A DNA stretch of 32,000 nucleotides from the NCBI GenBank assembly GCA_035400625.1, contig DAOMZT010000003.1, forward strand, positions 60,001-92,000, given 5' to 3'. The notes under the pieces are model-generated. The model saw only the letters and a program-made list of their open reading frames with translations. It was not told the origin of the DNA and did not search any database. How positions within the stretch are numbered: position 1 is the stretch's first letter; each line of letters starts with the position of its first letter. Position numbers and translations under genes: made by a program. The stretch is from an archaeon. Lineage in GTDB: Archaea > Iainarchaeota > Iainarchaeia > Iainarchaeales > CSSED10-239. Shown here in pieces: positions 23,270 through 31,183 of this stretch.

Positions 23270-24445
23270 ATGAAAAAAATTAATTCAAAAAAAATTATAT
23301 TTTCAGCTTTCGTTGTTTTAATTGTTTTGATAGTAGGAGTATTAGTTTTTACAAACTTAAGTAATAAAGAAAAGAATATACAAACAGATGTGTCTCCAAT
23401 AACAGGTGATATAGTTCTTACAAATCCAAGTAATGAAGAAACCATAGAAATAGGTGCAATTTTGCCATTAACAGGAACCACAGCATTTGCAGGAGAGGCA
23501 TTAAAGAATGGTGCTCTATTGGCAGTTGATGAGATAAATGCAAAAGGCGGAATAGATGGCAAAATGGTTAAATTGATTATAGAAGATAGTAAAAGTGCTC
23601 CTGCAGAAGGAGTAAATGCTTTCAATAATCTTGAACTAAAAAAACCAGATGTAGTAATATCTGCAATGGCTTCAGTCTCAGCAGCAGTAATACCAATAGC
23701 AAACACAACAGAAACTCCAATAATAGCAACTGTTGCAACATCTCCACAATTAATAACAGACTACGACAACGCTTATAGATATTTCCCAACAGCAAAGCAA
23801 GAGATCCCTCCAATCATAGAGATAGCAAATGAAAAGGGTATCAAGAAGATGGGCATTATATATTTAAATGATGAATTCGGAGCAGCAATGTTTAGCACAT
23901 TAACAGAAGAATTCGATGGAGAGGTAATTGGAGAGCCTTTTTTAATTTCAAATACAGATTACAGTACTTCAATACTTAAATTAAAAGAAGCAAAAGTAGA
24001 TGGAATATTAGTTGTTGGTTTTAGTTCACACATCTCAAAATGTATTCAACAAATAAAAGAGTATAATTTGGATGTTGTAATCTTTGCACCATCAACCTCT
24101 GCATTTCCAGACATAAGGAACACATTAGGTTCTGAAGAGATATATGCAGGCATTCCAAGTTTCTACAACACAGAATCATCAAACCCAGCAACAAAATTTA
24201 AAGAAGACTACAAAGCAAAATACGGTAAAGATGCAGACCATTATGCAGCAACAGGATATGATACAGTTATGTTAATTAAAAAAGCAATAGAGGAAGGTTC
24301 AGCAAACAGAGAAGGAATAATCAACGGCTTAAATAAAATAAAGGTTTATTCAGGAATCTTTGGGGATGTAACCAAAGATGGCAGAGAATTTGGGTTTAAT
24401 CTTTACCCCGCAGAAGTATCTAAAGAAAAAATTTCTTTTGAATGA
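23270..24445 (+). CDS. ABC transporter substrate-binding protein 3, Leu/Ile/Val-binding (HAAT) family, membrane-anchored
   Basis: The ATG at 23270 is preceded by GGGGGT. Anchor IIFSAFVVLIVLIVGVLVF. IEIGAILPLTGTTAFAGEALKNGALLAVDEINAKGGIDGKMVKLIIEDSKS. Confidence 0.85.
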   Translation: MKKINSKKIIFSAFVVLIVLIVGVLVFTNLSNKEKNIQTDVSPITGDIVLTNPSNEETIEIGAILPLTGTTAFAGEALKNGALLAVDEINAKGGIDGKMVKLIIEDSKSAPAEGVNAFNNLELKKPDVVISAMASVSAAVIPIANTTETPIIATVATSPQLITDYDNAYRYFPTAKQEIPPIIEIANEKGIKKMGIIYLNDEFGAAMFSTLTEEFDGEVIGEPFLISNTDYSTSILKLKEAKVDGILVVGFSSHISKCIQQIKEYNLDVVIFAPSTSAFPDIRNTLGSEEIYAGIPSFYNTESSNPATKFKEDYKAKYGKDADHYAATGYDTVMLIKKAIEEGSANREGIINGLNKIKVYSGIFGDVTKDGREFGFNLYPAEVSKEKISFE

Positions 24446-24480
24446 TTTCAGTAATTGAAATCATTCTTTTTTTCTTTTTT
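24443..24480 (+). terminator. hairpin plus long T-run between binding-protein gene 3 and livH (terminator/attenuator)
   Basis: tgatttca (24443-24450) pairs with tgaaatca (24456-24463), with loop gtaat. It is followed by ttctttttttctttttt. The stem starts at the TGA stop codon. Confidence 0.5.
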
Positions 24481-24552
24481 CTAATTGCTTTCCAATTACT
24501 TTATATATCTTTTTCTAAATATATATTTATTAATATAAATTAGGAAAAAAAG

Positions 24553-25425
24553 ATGTTTCTACAATTGCTAATAAATGGTCTGATTGCTGGTGCTATCTAT
24601 GCGTTAGTGGCTTGTGGTTTTTCTTTAATATATTCCACAAACAAGTTTGTCCATTTTGCTCATGGTGCAATTATTGTTGCTTCTGGCTATCTTCTTTTTA
24701 CTTTTTTTAATGTTATTGGAATTAATTTTTATCTTTCTATTTTTCTAACAATTATTGGTGGAGGCTTGCTTGGTTATCTTTCTAATCTTTTGATTTATGA
24801 GAGACTAAGAGAAAAGAAGGCTTCTGCATCAATTCTTCTTATTGCTAGTATTGCTTTATTAATCTTAATTGAATCCTTGATATTGATGATCTTTGGAGCA
24901 GACCTAAAAATAATATTGCCTTTTAGATATAATTCAATTTCTTTCTTGGGTGCAGTAATAACTCCCTTGCAAATAGCAATCATAGTTTCTTCTTTGGTTT
25001 TGTTTGCTCTTTTGTTTTTGCTTATGAAGAAAACAGAACTTGGTAAAAAACTAAGGGCTGTTTCAGAGTCAGGCACACTTGTTGAGATGCTTGGTATTTC
25101 TTCAAAGAAGTTATTTACATATAGTTTTGTTATTGGTTCAGCTCTTGGAGCAATAGCAGGTATCTTTGTTGCCTTAGAATATAATCTAGAGCCGACAATG
25201 GGTAGCAATCTTATGGTAAAAGGTTTTACTGGTGCGATAGTTGGGGGAATCACTTCTGTTCCAGGTTCAATCTTGGGTTCTTTTCTTTTAGGCACAATTG
25301 AAAACTTTGGGGTTTGGTTTTTACCAAGTGGTTATAAAGATGCTATTGCCTTTATGCTATTGTTTGCATTTTTGTTATTTAGACCAAGCGGGATATTAGG
25401 TAAAAAAGCGAGTTGGAAAAAATGA
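24553..25425 (+). CDS. livH: branched-chain amino acid ABC transporter permease LivH-like
   Basis: 290 aa and polytopic. The N-terminus MFLQLLINGLIAGAIYALVACGFSLIY is typical of LivH. Confidence 0.85.
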   Translation: MFLQLLINGLIAGAIYALVACGFSLIYSTNKFVHFAHGAIIVASGYLLFTFFNVIGINFYLSIFLTIIGGGLLGYLSNLLIYERLREKKASASILLIASIALLILIESLILMIFGADLKIILPFRYNSISFLGAVITPLQIAIIVSSLVLFALLFLLMKKTELGKKLRAVSESGTLVEMLGISSKKLFTYSFVIGSALGAIAGIFVALEYNLEPTMGSNLMVKGFTGAIVGGITSVPGSILGSFLLGTIENFGVWFLPSGYKDAIAFMLLFAFLLFRPSGILGKKASWKK

Positions 25426-26294
25426 TTTTAGAATATCTAATATATTTAGTAATAATTGTTGCAATACAAATTATTCTTTGCTTATCTTTACAGGTTGCTT
25501 TAGGTTACACTGGCTTATTTAACTTTGGGCATATTGCTTTCTTTGCAATAGGTGCTTACACATCTGCATTATTAACAGTTAATGGTGTTCCTTTTCTAAT
25601 TGCTTTTATATTGTCTGCAATTATCCCTTCTATCTTTGCATTTCTTTTATCTATTCCAACAAACAAACTTAAAGGAGACTATTTGGCATTATCAACTATG
25701 GCTTTTTCTTTTTTAGTTTATGCAGTTTTAGTCAATTGGATAACTCTAACAAGAGGGCCTTTTGGTATCTATGGCATTCCAAAGCCAAATCTTTTTGGTT
25801 TAGTTCTTAATACGAATTTTCAGTTTTTGATTTTTACTTTAGTTATACTTGTTTTGAGTTATCTTGCAATTAAAAGAATAGTAGAATCTAAGTTTGGCAA
25901 GGTTCTAGAAGCTACAAGAGATGATGAGCCATTAGCTCAGGCTCTTGGTAAAAACACATTTAAGATAAAAACAATAGCATTAATGATTTCTGCTTTCTTT
26001 GCAGGGATTGCAGGTTCTCTTTATGCTCATTTTATTACTTTTATTGATCCTTCTTCTTTTACTTTCGTGGCATTAATCCCAGTCATATCAATATTAATGA
26101 TAGGTGGGCTTGCAAGTCTTAAAGGAACAATCATAGCTACAATCATATTAACATTGATACCTGAAACACTTAGATTTGTTGGCTTGCCATCAAGCATTGT
26201 AGGGCCAGGTAGGCAGATTCTTTTTGCATTATTATTACTTGTAATACTAATATATTTCCCTAAGGGCTTCTTTGGCAAGATAAAGCTTGAATAA
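25413..26294 (+). CDS. livM: branched-chain amino acid ABC transporter permease LivM-like
   Basis: 293 aa and polytopic. GYTGLFNFGHIAFFAIGAYTSALL is the LivM signature. It overlaps livH by 13 nt. Confidence 0.85.
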   Translation: MEKMILEYLIYLVIIVAIQIILCLSLQVALGYTGLFNFGHIAFFAIGAYTSALLTVNGVPFLIAFILSAIIPSIFAFLLSIPTNKLKGDYLALSTMAFSFLVYAVLVNWITLTRGPFGIYGIPKPNLFGLVLNTNFQFLIFTLVILVLSYLAIKRIVESKFGKVLEATRDDEPLAQALGKNTFKIKTIALMISAFFAGIAGSLYAHFITFIDPSSFTFVALIPVISILMIGGLASLKGTIIATIILTLIPETLRFVGLPSSIVGPGRQILFALLLLVILIYFPKGFFGKIKLE

Positions 26295-26376
26295 TTCGCT
26301 ATTTTTTATTTTTTTTGTAATTAGATATTTTTAAAAAATGTAAGTAACTTAAATTATATATTAAAATATTAAAAAA

Positions 26377-26574
26377 ATGAACAAAAAATTAAAAATAATA
26401 TTTTCAATATATTTAATAGTTGCTTTTGCAGTAGGTTTAGTTGTAATCTCTAATTTTTCAGAAACAGAAGATAAATCAGAAATAGCAGATGCGACATTAT
26501 TGTCTAATTCAAAAATACCAGGAACAGTATTTAAAACACGTGGTAGTCTAATTAGAATAATAATGCTAAAATAA
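26377..26574 (+). CDS. small membrane-anchored hypothetical protein (65 aa)
   Basis: MNKKLKIIFSIYLIVAFAVGLVVISNF forms a signal/anchor. No homology recognised. Confidence 0.35.
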   Translation: MNKKLKIIFSIYLIVAFAVGLVVISNFSETEDKSEIADATLLSNSKIPGTVFKTRGSLIRIIMLK

Positions 26575-26645
26575 TTTTCTTAAATATATTTATATTCTAT
26601 TTGTTTCTTTAAATATATACTAAAATATATTTTAATTGATTCAAT

Positions 26646-28061
26646 ATGGGACTAGGCGAAAAACTAAGAGACGCTCTTGATAAAATCAAGAATTCAATGC
26701 ATGTGGATAAAGAGCTTATTAAAGAGGTAATTAAGGAGATACAAAGGGCTTTAATATCCTCAGATGTAAATATACAATTAGTTCTAAATATCTCAAAAGA
26801 AATAGAAGAAAATGCATTTAAAGATATTCCATCAGGAATTACAAGAAAAGAACATATTGTTAGGTTGTGCTATGAAACGCTTCTAAAATATATCGGAGGA
26901 GAAGTAAAGACATCTTTGCCTGAAAACCCAGAGACAATTCTTCTTTGCGGGTTGTTTGGATCAGGTAAAACAACAACTGCTGCAAAGCTTTCTAAGTTCT
27001 ATAAAAAAAGAGGGTTTAAGGTTGGTGTTATTTGTGCAGATACTTTTAGGCCTGCAGCTTATGAACAATTAAAACAACTTGCTGACATGGTTGGAGTAGC
27101 TTTCTATGGTAACCAAAATGAAAAATCTGCTCAAAAGGTTACAAAAGAAGGACTTGATTTTCATAAAAAAAATGGATGTAATCTAATAATTGTAGATTCT
27201 GCAGGAAGAAGTGCTCTAGATGATGAGCTTGTTAAAGAGATTAAAGAAATAGACTCTGTTTTAAATCCTAAATTTTCTTTACTTGTGATATCTGCAGATA
27301 TCGGCCAGGCAGTTAAAGATCAAGCAACTGCTTTTAATAATGCTATTGGTGTTAATGGGGTTATCATCACAAAACTAGATGGTTCTGCAAAAGGCGGAGG
27401 TGCATTAACTGCTTGTTATATTACAAAATCTCCAATCTACTTTATAGGAACTGGAGAAAAAGCAGACGACTTTGAAATCTTTGATGCAAACAGATATCTT
27501 TCAAGAGTTCTAGGCTTTGGTGATCTTGAAAGCCTGATGGAAAAAATAGCAGATGCAACAACAGAAGAAGAAATGGCAAAGATGAAAGATATCAATCCAG
27601 AAGATATTATGAAAGGTAATGTTACTTTTGGTATTTTTAAACAACAGCTTGAATTTTCTAAAAAGCTTGGGCCATTTAGCAAAGTTATGGGTTTCTTGGG
27701 TATTGGTAACAAGATTACTAATGAGCAAAAAGAGCTTGGAGAAAAGAAGATGGCTAAATATAGGGCAATTCTTTCATCAATGACAAAAGAAGAACTAAAT
27801 AATGGCCCTGATTTTTTAACACATTCTAGAATGACTAGAATCTCAAAAGGCTCAGGGACAAAGATAGAAGATATTAAAGAATTATCTTCTCACATAAAAA
27901 AGATGAAGAAAATGTTTAGAGGAATGGACAGCAAGAAAATGGAAGGGCTAGCAAAGCAATTTGAGGGCAAAGACCCTGAAAACATTGATATGTCAAAAGT
28001 CGATATGTCTCAATTTGCAAATATGAAAGGAATGAAGAAGAAAAAATTAAGATTTAAATAA
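26646..28061 (+). CDS. srp54: signal recognition particle protein SRP54
   Basis: NG domain motifs GLFGSGKTTTAAKL, DSAGR and TKLDGSAKGG, followed by a Met/Lys-rich M domain. Confidence 0.9.
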   Translation: MGLGEKLRDALDKIKNSMHVDKELIKEVIKEIQRALISSDVNIQLVLNISKEIEENAFKDIPSGITRKEHIVRLCYETLLKYIGGEVKTSLPENPETILLCGLFGSGKTTTAAKLSKFYKKRGFKVGVICADTFRPAAYEQLKQLADMVGVAFYGNQNEKSAQKVTKEGLDFHKKNGCNLIIVDSAGRSALDDELVKEIKEIDSVLNPKFSLLVISADIGQAVKDQATAFNNAIGVNGVIITKLDGSAKGGGALTACYITKSPIYFIGTGEKADDFEIFDANRYLSRVLGFGDLESLMEKIADATTEEEMAKMKDINPEDIMKGNVTFGIFKQQLEFSKKLGPFSKVMGFLGIGNKITNEQKELGEKKMAKYRAILSSMTKEELNNGPDFLTHSRMTRISKGSGTKIEDIKELSSHIKKMKKMFRGMDSKKMEGLAKQFEGKDPENIDMSKVDMSQFANMKGMKKKKLRFK

Positions 28062-28898
28062 GTGAAAATGATGTTTGAGACTATTTTTGTAATTAGAATA
28101 ATTCTGTTGTTAGTGGCAGTAGCTTTAGCAGCATATACTGACTATAAGACAGGATATATCTACGATTGGATAAGTCTTCCTCTTATAGCTATTGGTCTGA
28201 TCATAAATATCTTTACTTATCCTTTTAAAACTCTTATACCGATAATTCTAATTGCTGTAGGTATTTATCTTTTTGGATATTTTGCATATTATTTTGGAAA
28301 AATAGGTGGTGGCGACATAAAGCTGTTTATTGGAATACACTTGATTTTACCATATCTTAATAATCAATTATTTATTTTTTGGGTAATTATTGTTTCTTCT
28401 TTACTATCAGTAATGTTTGTTTCAATTTCTTATGCAATTAAGCTTAATAAAAAAATAAAAATAAACAAAAGGCTTTTGAAAAAGAAAAAATCAAAGATCT
28501 TTAAATCTGTGATTTTATTTTTGGTGTTTTTAGTGTTTGTGATTTTTGCAACAAGTACTGGAGACATGCCAACAATTGTTCATATCACGATTCCTCCAAT
28601 GTTTTTTGGTAGCATAATAATTATTTTTGAAGATGAGATTAAAAGGCATATTTACTTAAAGCAAAAACCAATATCAAAACTTGAAGAAGGAGATGTCTTT
28701 GCTAGCGAGTTTGCAAAAAAAGAGCTAATTACAAAACTAAAATTAGGTAAAAGAACAGTTCTTGAAAAAGAAGACATAGCAAGAGCAAAATCATTAAAAT
28801 TAAAAGCTCTTCCAATCTTTGATAATCTCCCAAGATTTGGGATATATATATTATTTGGAGTTTTGTGTGTTTTGATTTTTAGAAATTGGATATTTTAA
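28062..28898 (+). CDS. A24-family (type IV prepilin/preflagellin-like) aspartic peptidase with C-terminal extension
   Basis: AAYTDYKTGYIYDW and GKIGGGDIKLF supply the two catalytic Asp motifs in a polytopic protein. The GTG start immediately follows the srp54 stop; ATGs at 28068 and 28071 are alternatives. Confidence 0.7.
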   Translation: MKMMFETIFVIRIILLLVAVALAAYTDYKTGYIYDWISLPLIAIGLIINIFTYPFKTLIPIILIAVGIYLFGYFAYYFGKIGGGDIKLFIGIHLILPYLNNQLFIFWVIIVSSLLSVMFVSISYAIKLNKKIKINKRLLKKKKSKIFKSVILFLVFLVFVIFATSTGDMPTIVHITIPPMFFGSIIIIFEDEIKRHIYLKQKPISKLEEGDVFASEFAKKELITKLKLGKRTVLEKEDIARAKSLKLKALPIFDNLPRFGIYILFGVLCVLIFRNWIF

Positions 28899-28932
28899 AC
28901 ACTAAATCTTGGACGACTGAGGAACCAAAAAC

Positions 28933-29025
28933 ATGTATAAGATAACTAGTGAAACCAAAATATCTATATTTAAGTGCTATAAAGCACTAAAAACACATAA
29001 AAACTATGCTTTTACTACCAAATAG
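28933..29025 (+). pseudogene. decayed duplicate of the tgt 5' end (30-codon ORF MYKITSETK...)
   Basis: 28933-28960 (atgtataagataactagtgaaaccaaaa) matches the real tgt start at 29120-29147 (atgtttaagataactagtgaaaccaaaa) at 27/28 positions. Similarity fades after that, and the ORF stops after 30 codons. Confidence 0.6.
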
Positions 29026-29119
29026 CAAATAAATTTTATGTTGCCTAAATAGAAACGATTATGAGTTTTCTAAGTTAATGAAGTTAATTGTTTTAAAGAA
29101 TTTAGAGGATAAATAAGAA

Positions 29120-30220
29120 ATGTTTAAGATAACTAGTGAAACCAAAACAGCACGCTGTGGCGAGTTTAAGACACATCACGGAAAGATCAAGACTCCTTTC
29201 TATATGCCTGTAGTAACTAAAGGAGCAGGCAAGTTTCTAACTTTTGATGTTCTTAAAAATGCAAAAACACAGTGCTTTATCTCTAATGCTTATCTTCTCT
29301 ATTTAAAGCCAGGCCTTGAAACTATAAAAAGAGCAGGTGGCTATCATAATTTCATAAACTGGAAAAAGCCAATCTTTACAGACTCTGGTGGTTTTCAGTT
29401 GCTTGATCCTGAGTTTTTGATTTCTCTAAACGACAAAGGAGTAAAGTTTAGATCTCCATTTTCAGGAGAACCTCATTTCATTTCTCCAGAAAAGCTAATG
29501 GAGAACCAAAACATTATTGGCTCAGACATTGCTATGGTTCTTGATCATGTTCTTGGTCCCGACCATACAAAAAAAGAATTTCAAGAAGCAACAACAAGGA
29601 CAATTGCTTGGGCAAAGCGTTGTCTTGATAGCCACAAGAATAAAAATCAAAAAGTTTTTGGCATTGTCCAAGGTGGAACCTATAAAGACCTAAGAAAAGA
29701 ATGTGCAGTTAAGATCAACGATATGGGCTTTGATGGGCTTGCTATTGGTGGTCTTGCTATAGGTGAAAGCAAAGAAAGAATGTTTCAAGCAATTGATTAT
29801 TCTTTAGAGCATCTTGATTATGATAAGATAAAATATCTGATGGGTGTTGGCTCTCCTGAAGACATGGTTCTTTCAATAGGTAAGGGAGTAGACTGCTTTG
29901 ATTCTATCTATCCAACAAAGATGGCAAGGCATGGCGTTATCTTTACAAGAAACGGAATATTAAAGATTGGCAAAAGTTATAATGCTCATCTTTTCAAGCC
30001 TATAGAAAAAGAATGCGATTGCTATGCTTGTAAAAACCATACAATCTCTTATCTTCATCATCTTTATAGGCTTGATGAGCCAGCAGCAAAGATTCTTTTG
30101 TCTGAGCACAATATTAGGTTTATTCATCGCTTGATGGAAGACTCAAGAAAACACATAGAAAAAGGAACCTTTGAGAAGTTCAAAAAAGATTTTTTAAAAA
30201 GTTATTTGAAAAATAAATAA
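29120..30220 (+). CDS. tgt: tRNA-guanine transglycosylase, short form (catalytic TIM-barrel only)
   Basis: TDSGGFQ, GLAIGGLAIGE, GVDCFDSIYPTKMARHG and the zinc site CDCYACKNH ... YLHHL. At 366 aa there are no C-terminal PUA-type domains. Confidence 0.85.
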   Translation: MFKITSETKTARCGEFKTHHGKIKTPFYMPVVTKGAGKFLTFDVLKNAKTQCFISNAYLLYLKPGLETIKRAGGYHNFINWKKPIFTDSGGFQLLDPEFLISLNDKGVKFRSPFSGEPHFISPEKLMENQNIIGSDIAMVLDHVLGPDHTKKEFQEATTRTIAWAKRCLDSHKNKNQKVFGIVQGGTYKDLRKECAVKINDMGFDGLAIGGLAIGESKERMFQAIDYSLEHLDYDKIKYLMGVGSPEDMVLSIGKGVDCFDSIYPTKMARHGVIFTRNGILKIGKSYNAHLFKPIEKECDCYACKNHTISYLHHLYRLDEPAAKILLSEHNIRFIHRLMEDSRKHIEKGTFEKFKKDFLKSYLKNK

Positions 30221-30331
30221 TTAATACTGCAATTTCTTCAAATTCACAAAAAAGTCAAGCATTGCATTTTATATACCATGAAATATTATATAATGATTTA
30301 AAAAATAGCACTCGTTTTTAAGATAGAGAAA

Positions 30332-30472
30332 ATGTATTCTAATTTATGGAAATATAATTTATCAAATGGCTGGAGATTGACTTATACTATTCGTGGTGGA
30401 GAAATAGAAGTTATTTCTATAATTATTGAGTGGTTTTGCCATAAAAAGTATGAGAACAGATTTAAGTATTAA
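30332..30472 (+). pseudogene. RelE/ParE-superfamily toxin-like fragment (46 codons, C-terminal half only)
   Basis: Hand translation gives MYSNLWKYNLSNGWRLTYTIRGGEIEVISIIIEWFCHKKYENRFKY*. This resembles the C-terminal beta-sheet region of RelE/ParE/YoeB-type toxins (W-R-L-x-Y ... I-x-I ... H-x-x-Y). An in-frame stop lies 15 codons upstream of the ATG, and no antitoxin partner is present. Confidence 0.35.
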
Positions 30473-30878
30473 TTACTATTCTTAAAATTATTTCTTTACT
30501 ACTAATTATTGTAACAATATTTTGAGATTCTAATTCTTTGTCATTACTCCAAAGAGGCGTTTTTAAAAAATATGCAAGTGTAATAAAATCTATGTCATTT
30601 TTGTCTTTTATTTTATCTTCTGTATACTTAAAGAAATTTGAATATTTTTCTTTTGGGATAAATGAAACGATTTTTTTAAGTAGATTTATTTGTTCATTAA
30701 ATTCTTTTGTATTTATTTTTGTTTTTTTAATTATTTCTGATTTATATTTTAAAATCTCAGTAATTGCAAATTCTGGAGAATAGATTTTAAATTGCTTAGA
30801 TGTTATAATTTCTCTAGTCATTGAGTTTTTCCAAAAAAAAGAAAATAACACGTTAGTGTCTGCAACAATCTTTTTCAT
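30462..30878 (-). CDS. PIN-domain ribonuclease (VapC-like toxin)
   Basis: 138 aa. N-terminal MKKIVADTNVLFSFF carries the first acidic residue, and WSNDKEL lies near the C-terminus. The start overlaps the upstream gene's stop (ATGA). Confidence 0.7.
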   Translation of the reverse strand: MKKIVADTNVLFSFFWKNSMTREIITSKQFKIYSPEFAITEILKYKSEIIKKTKINTKEFNEQINLLKKIVSFIPKEKYSNFFKYTEDKIKDKNDIDFITLAYFLKTPLWSNDKELESQNIVTIISSKEIILRIVINT

Positions 30879-31183
30879 GAAATCAAACCTTCTTTTTTTA
30901 GTTGTTCGGCTCTATCTTTTCTAGATTTCTTTTGAAGATTGACCGCCCAATCACTAATTTCGCTTTCTTTTTCTAATAGTTGGTCTATTGCTTCTAATTT
31001 CTTTACTTTGTCAGCAATAGCTTTTCTAATAAATGATGACCAATTGATTTCATCGTATTTTTTCATTTTTTCTTTAATTTCTTTTGATACTGCTAAAGTT
31101 ACACTTACCATATTTATCACATAATTGTGTTTATATACATAATTATGTTTAGATTGGTTTTTAATGATTTCTATTCCGCTCAT
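30875..31183 (-). CDS. putative antitoxin partner of the PIN protein
   Basis: VSVTLAVSKEIKEKMKKYDEINWSSFIRKAIADKVKKLE resembles the small archaeal antitoxins encoded upstream of PIN genes. The ATG at 31183 has AAGGAG upstream and overlaps the radC stop. An alternative ATG at 31111 (MVSVTL) would give 78 aa. Confidence 0.55.
   Translation of the reverse strand: MSGIEIIKNQSKHNYVYKHNYVINMVSVTLAVSKEIKEKMKKYDEINWSSFIRKAIADKVKKLEAIDQLLEKESEISDWAVNLQKKSRKDRAEQLKKEGLIS
31118..31153. repeat. tandem 18-bp repeat, each unit containing a dyad (CACA-N4-TGTG; perfect ACATAATTATGT)
   Basis: cacataattgtgtttata (31118-31135) and tacataattatgtttaga (31136-31153) match at 15/18 positions. 31137-31148 is a perfect 12-bp palindrome. 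The repeat lies just upstream of the internal ATG at 31111 on the minus strand. Confidence 0.8.

Noticed and set aside
23182-23706. 174-aa minus-strand ORF overlapping the start of binding-protein gene 3
   Set aside because: It is antisense to a well-supported HAAT-family SBP gene and to its control region. Its composition is an antisense shadow with no recognisable motif.
24795-25295. 166-aa minus-strand ORF inside livH
   Set aside because: It is antisense to a clear LivH permease. Long antisense ORFs are expected opposite hydrophobic, codon-biased genes.
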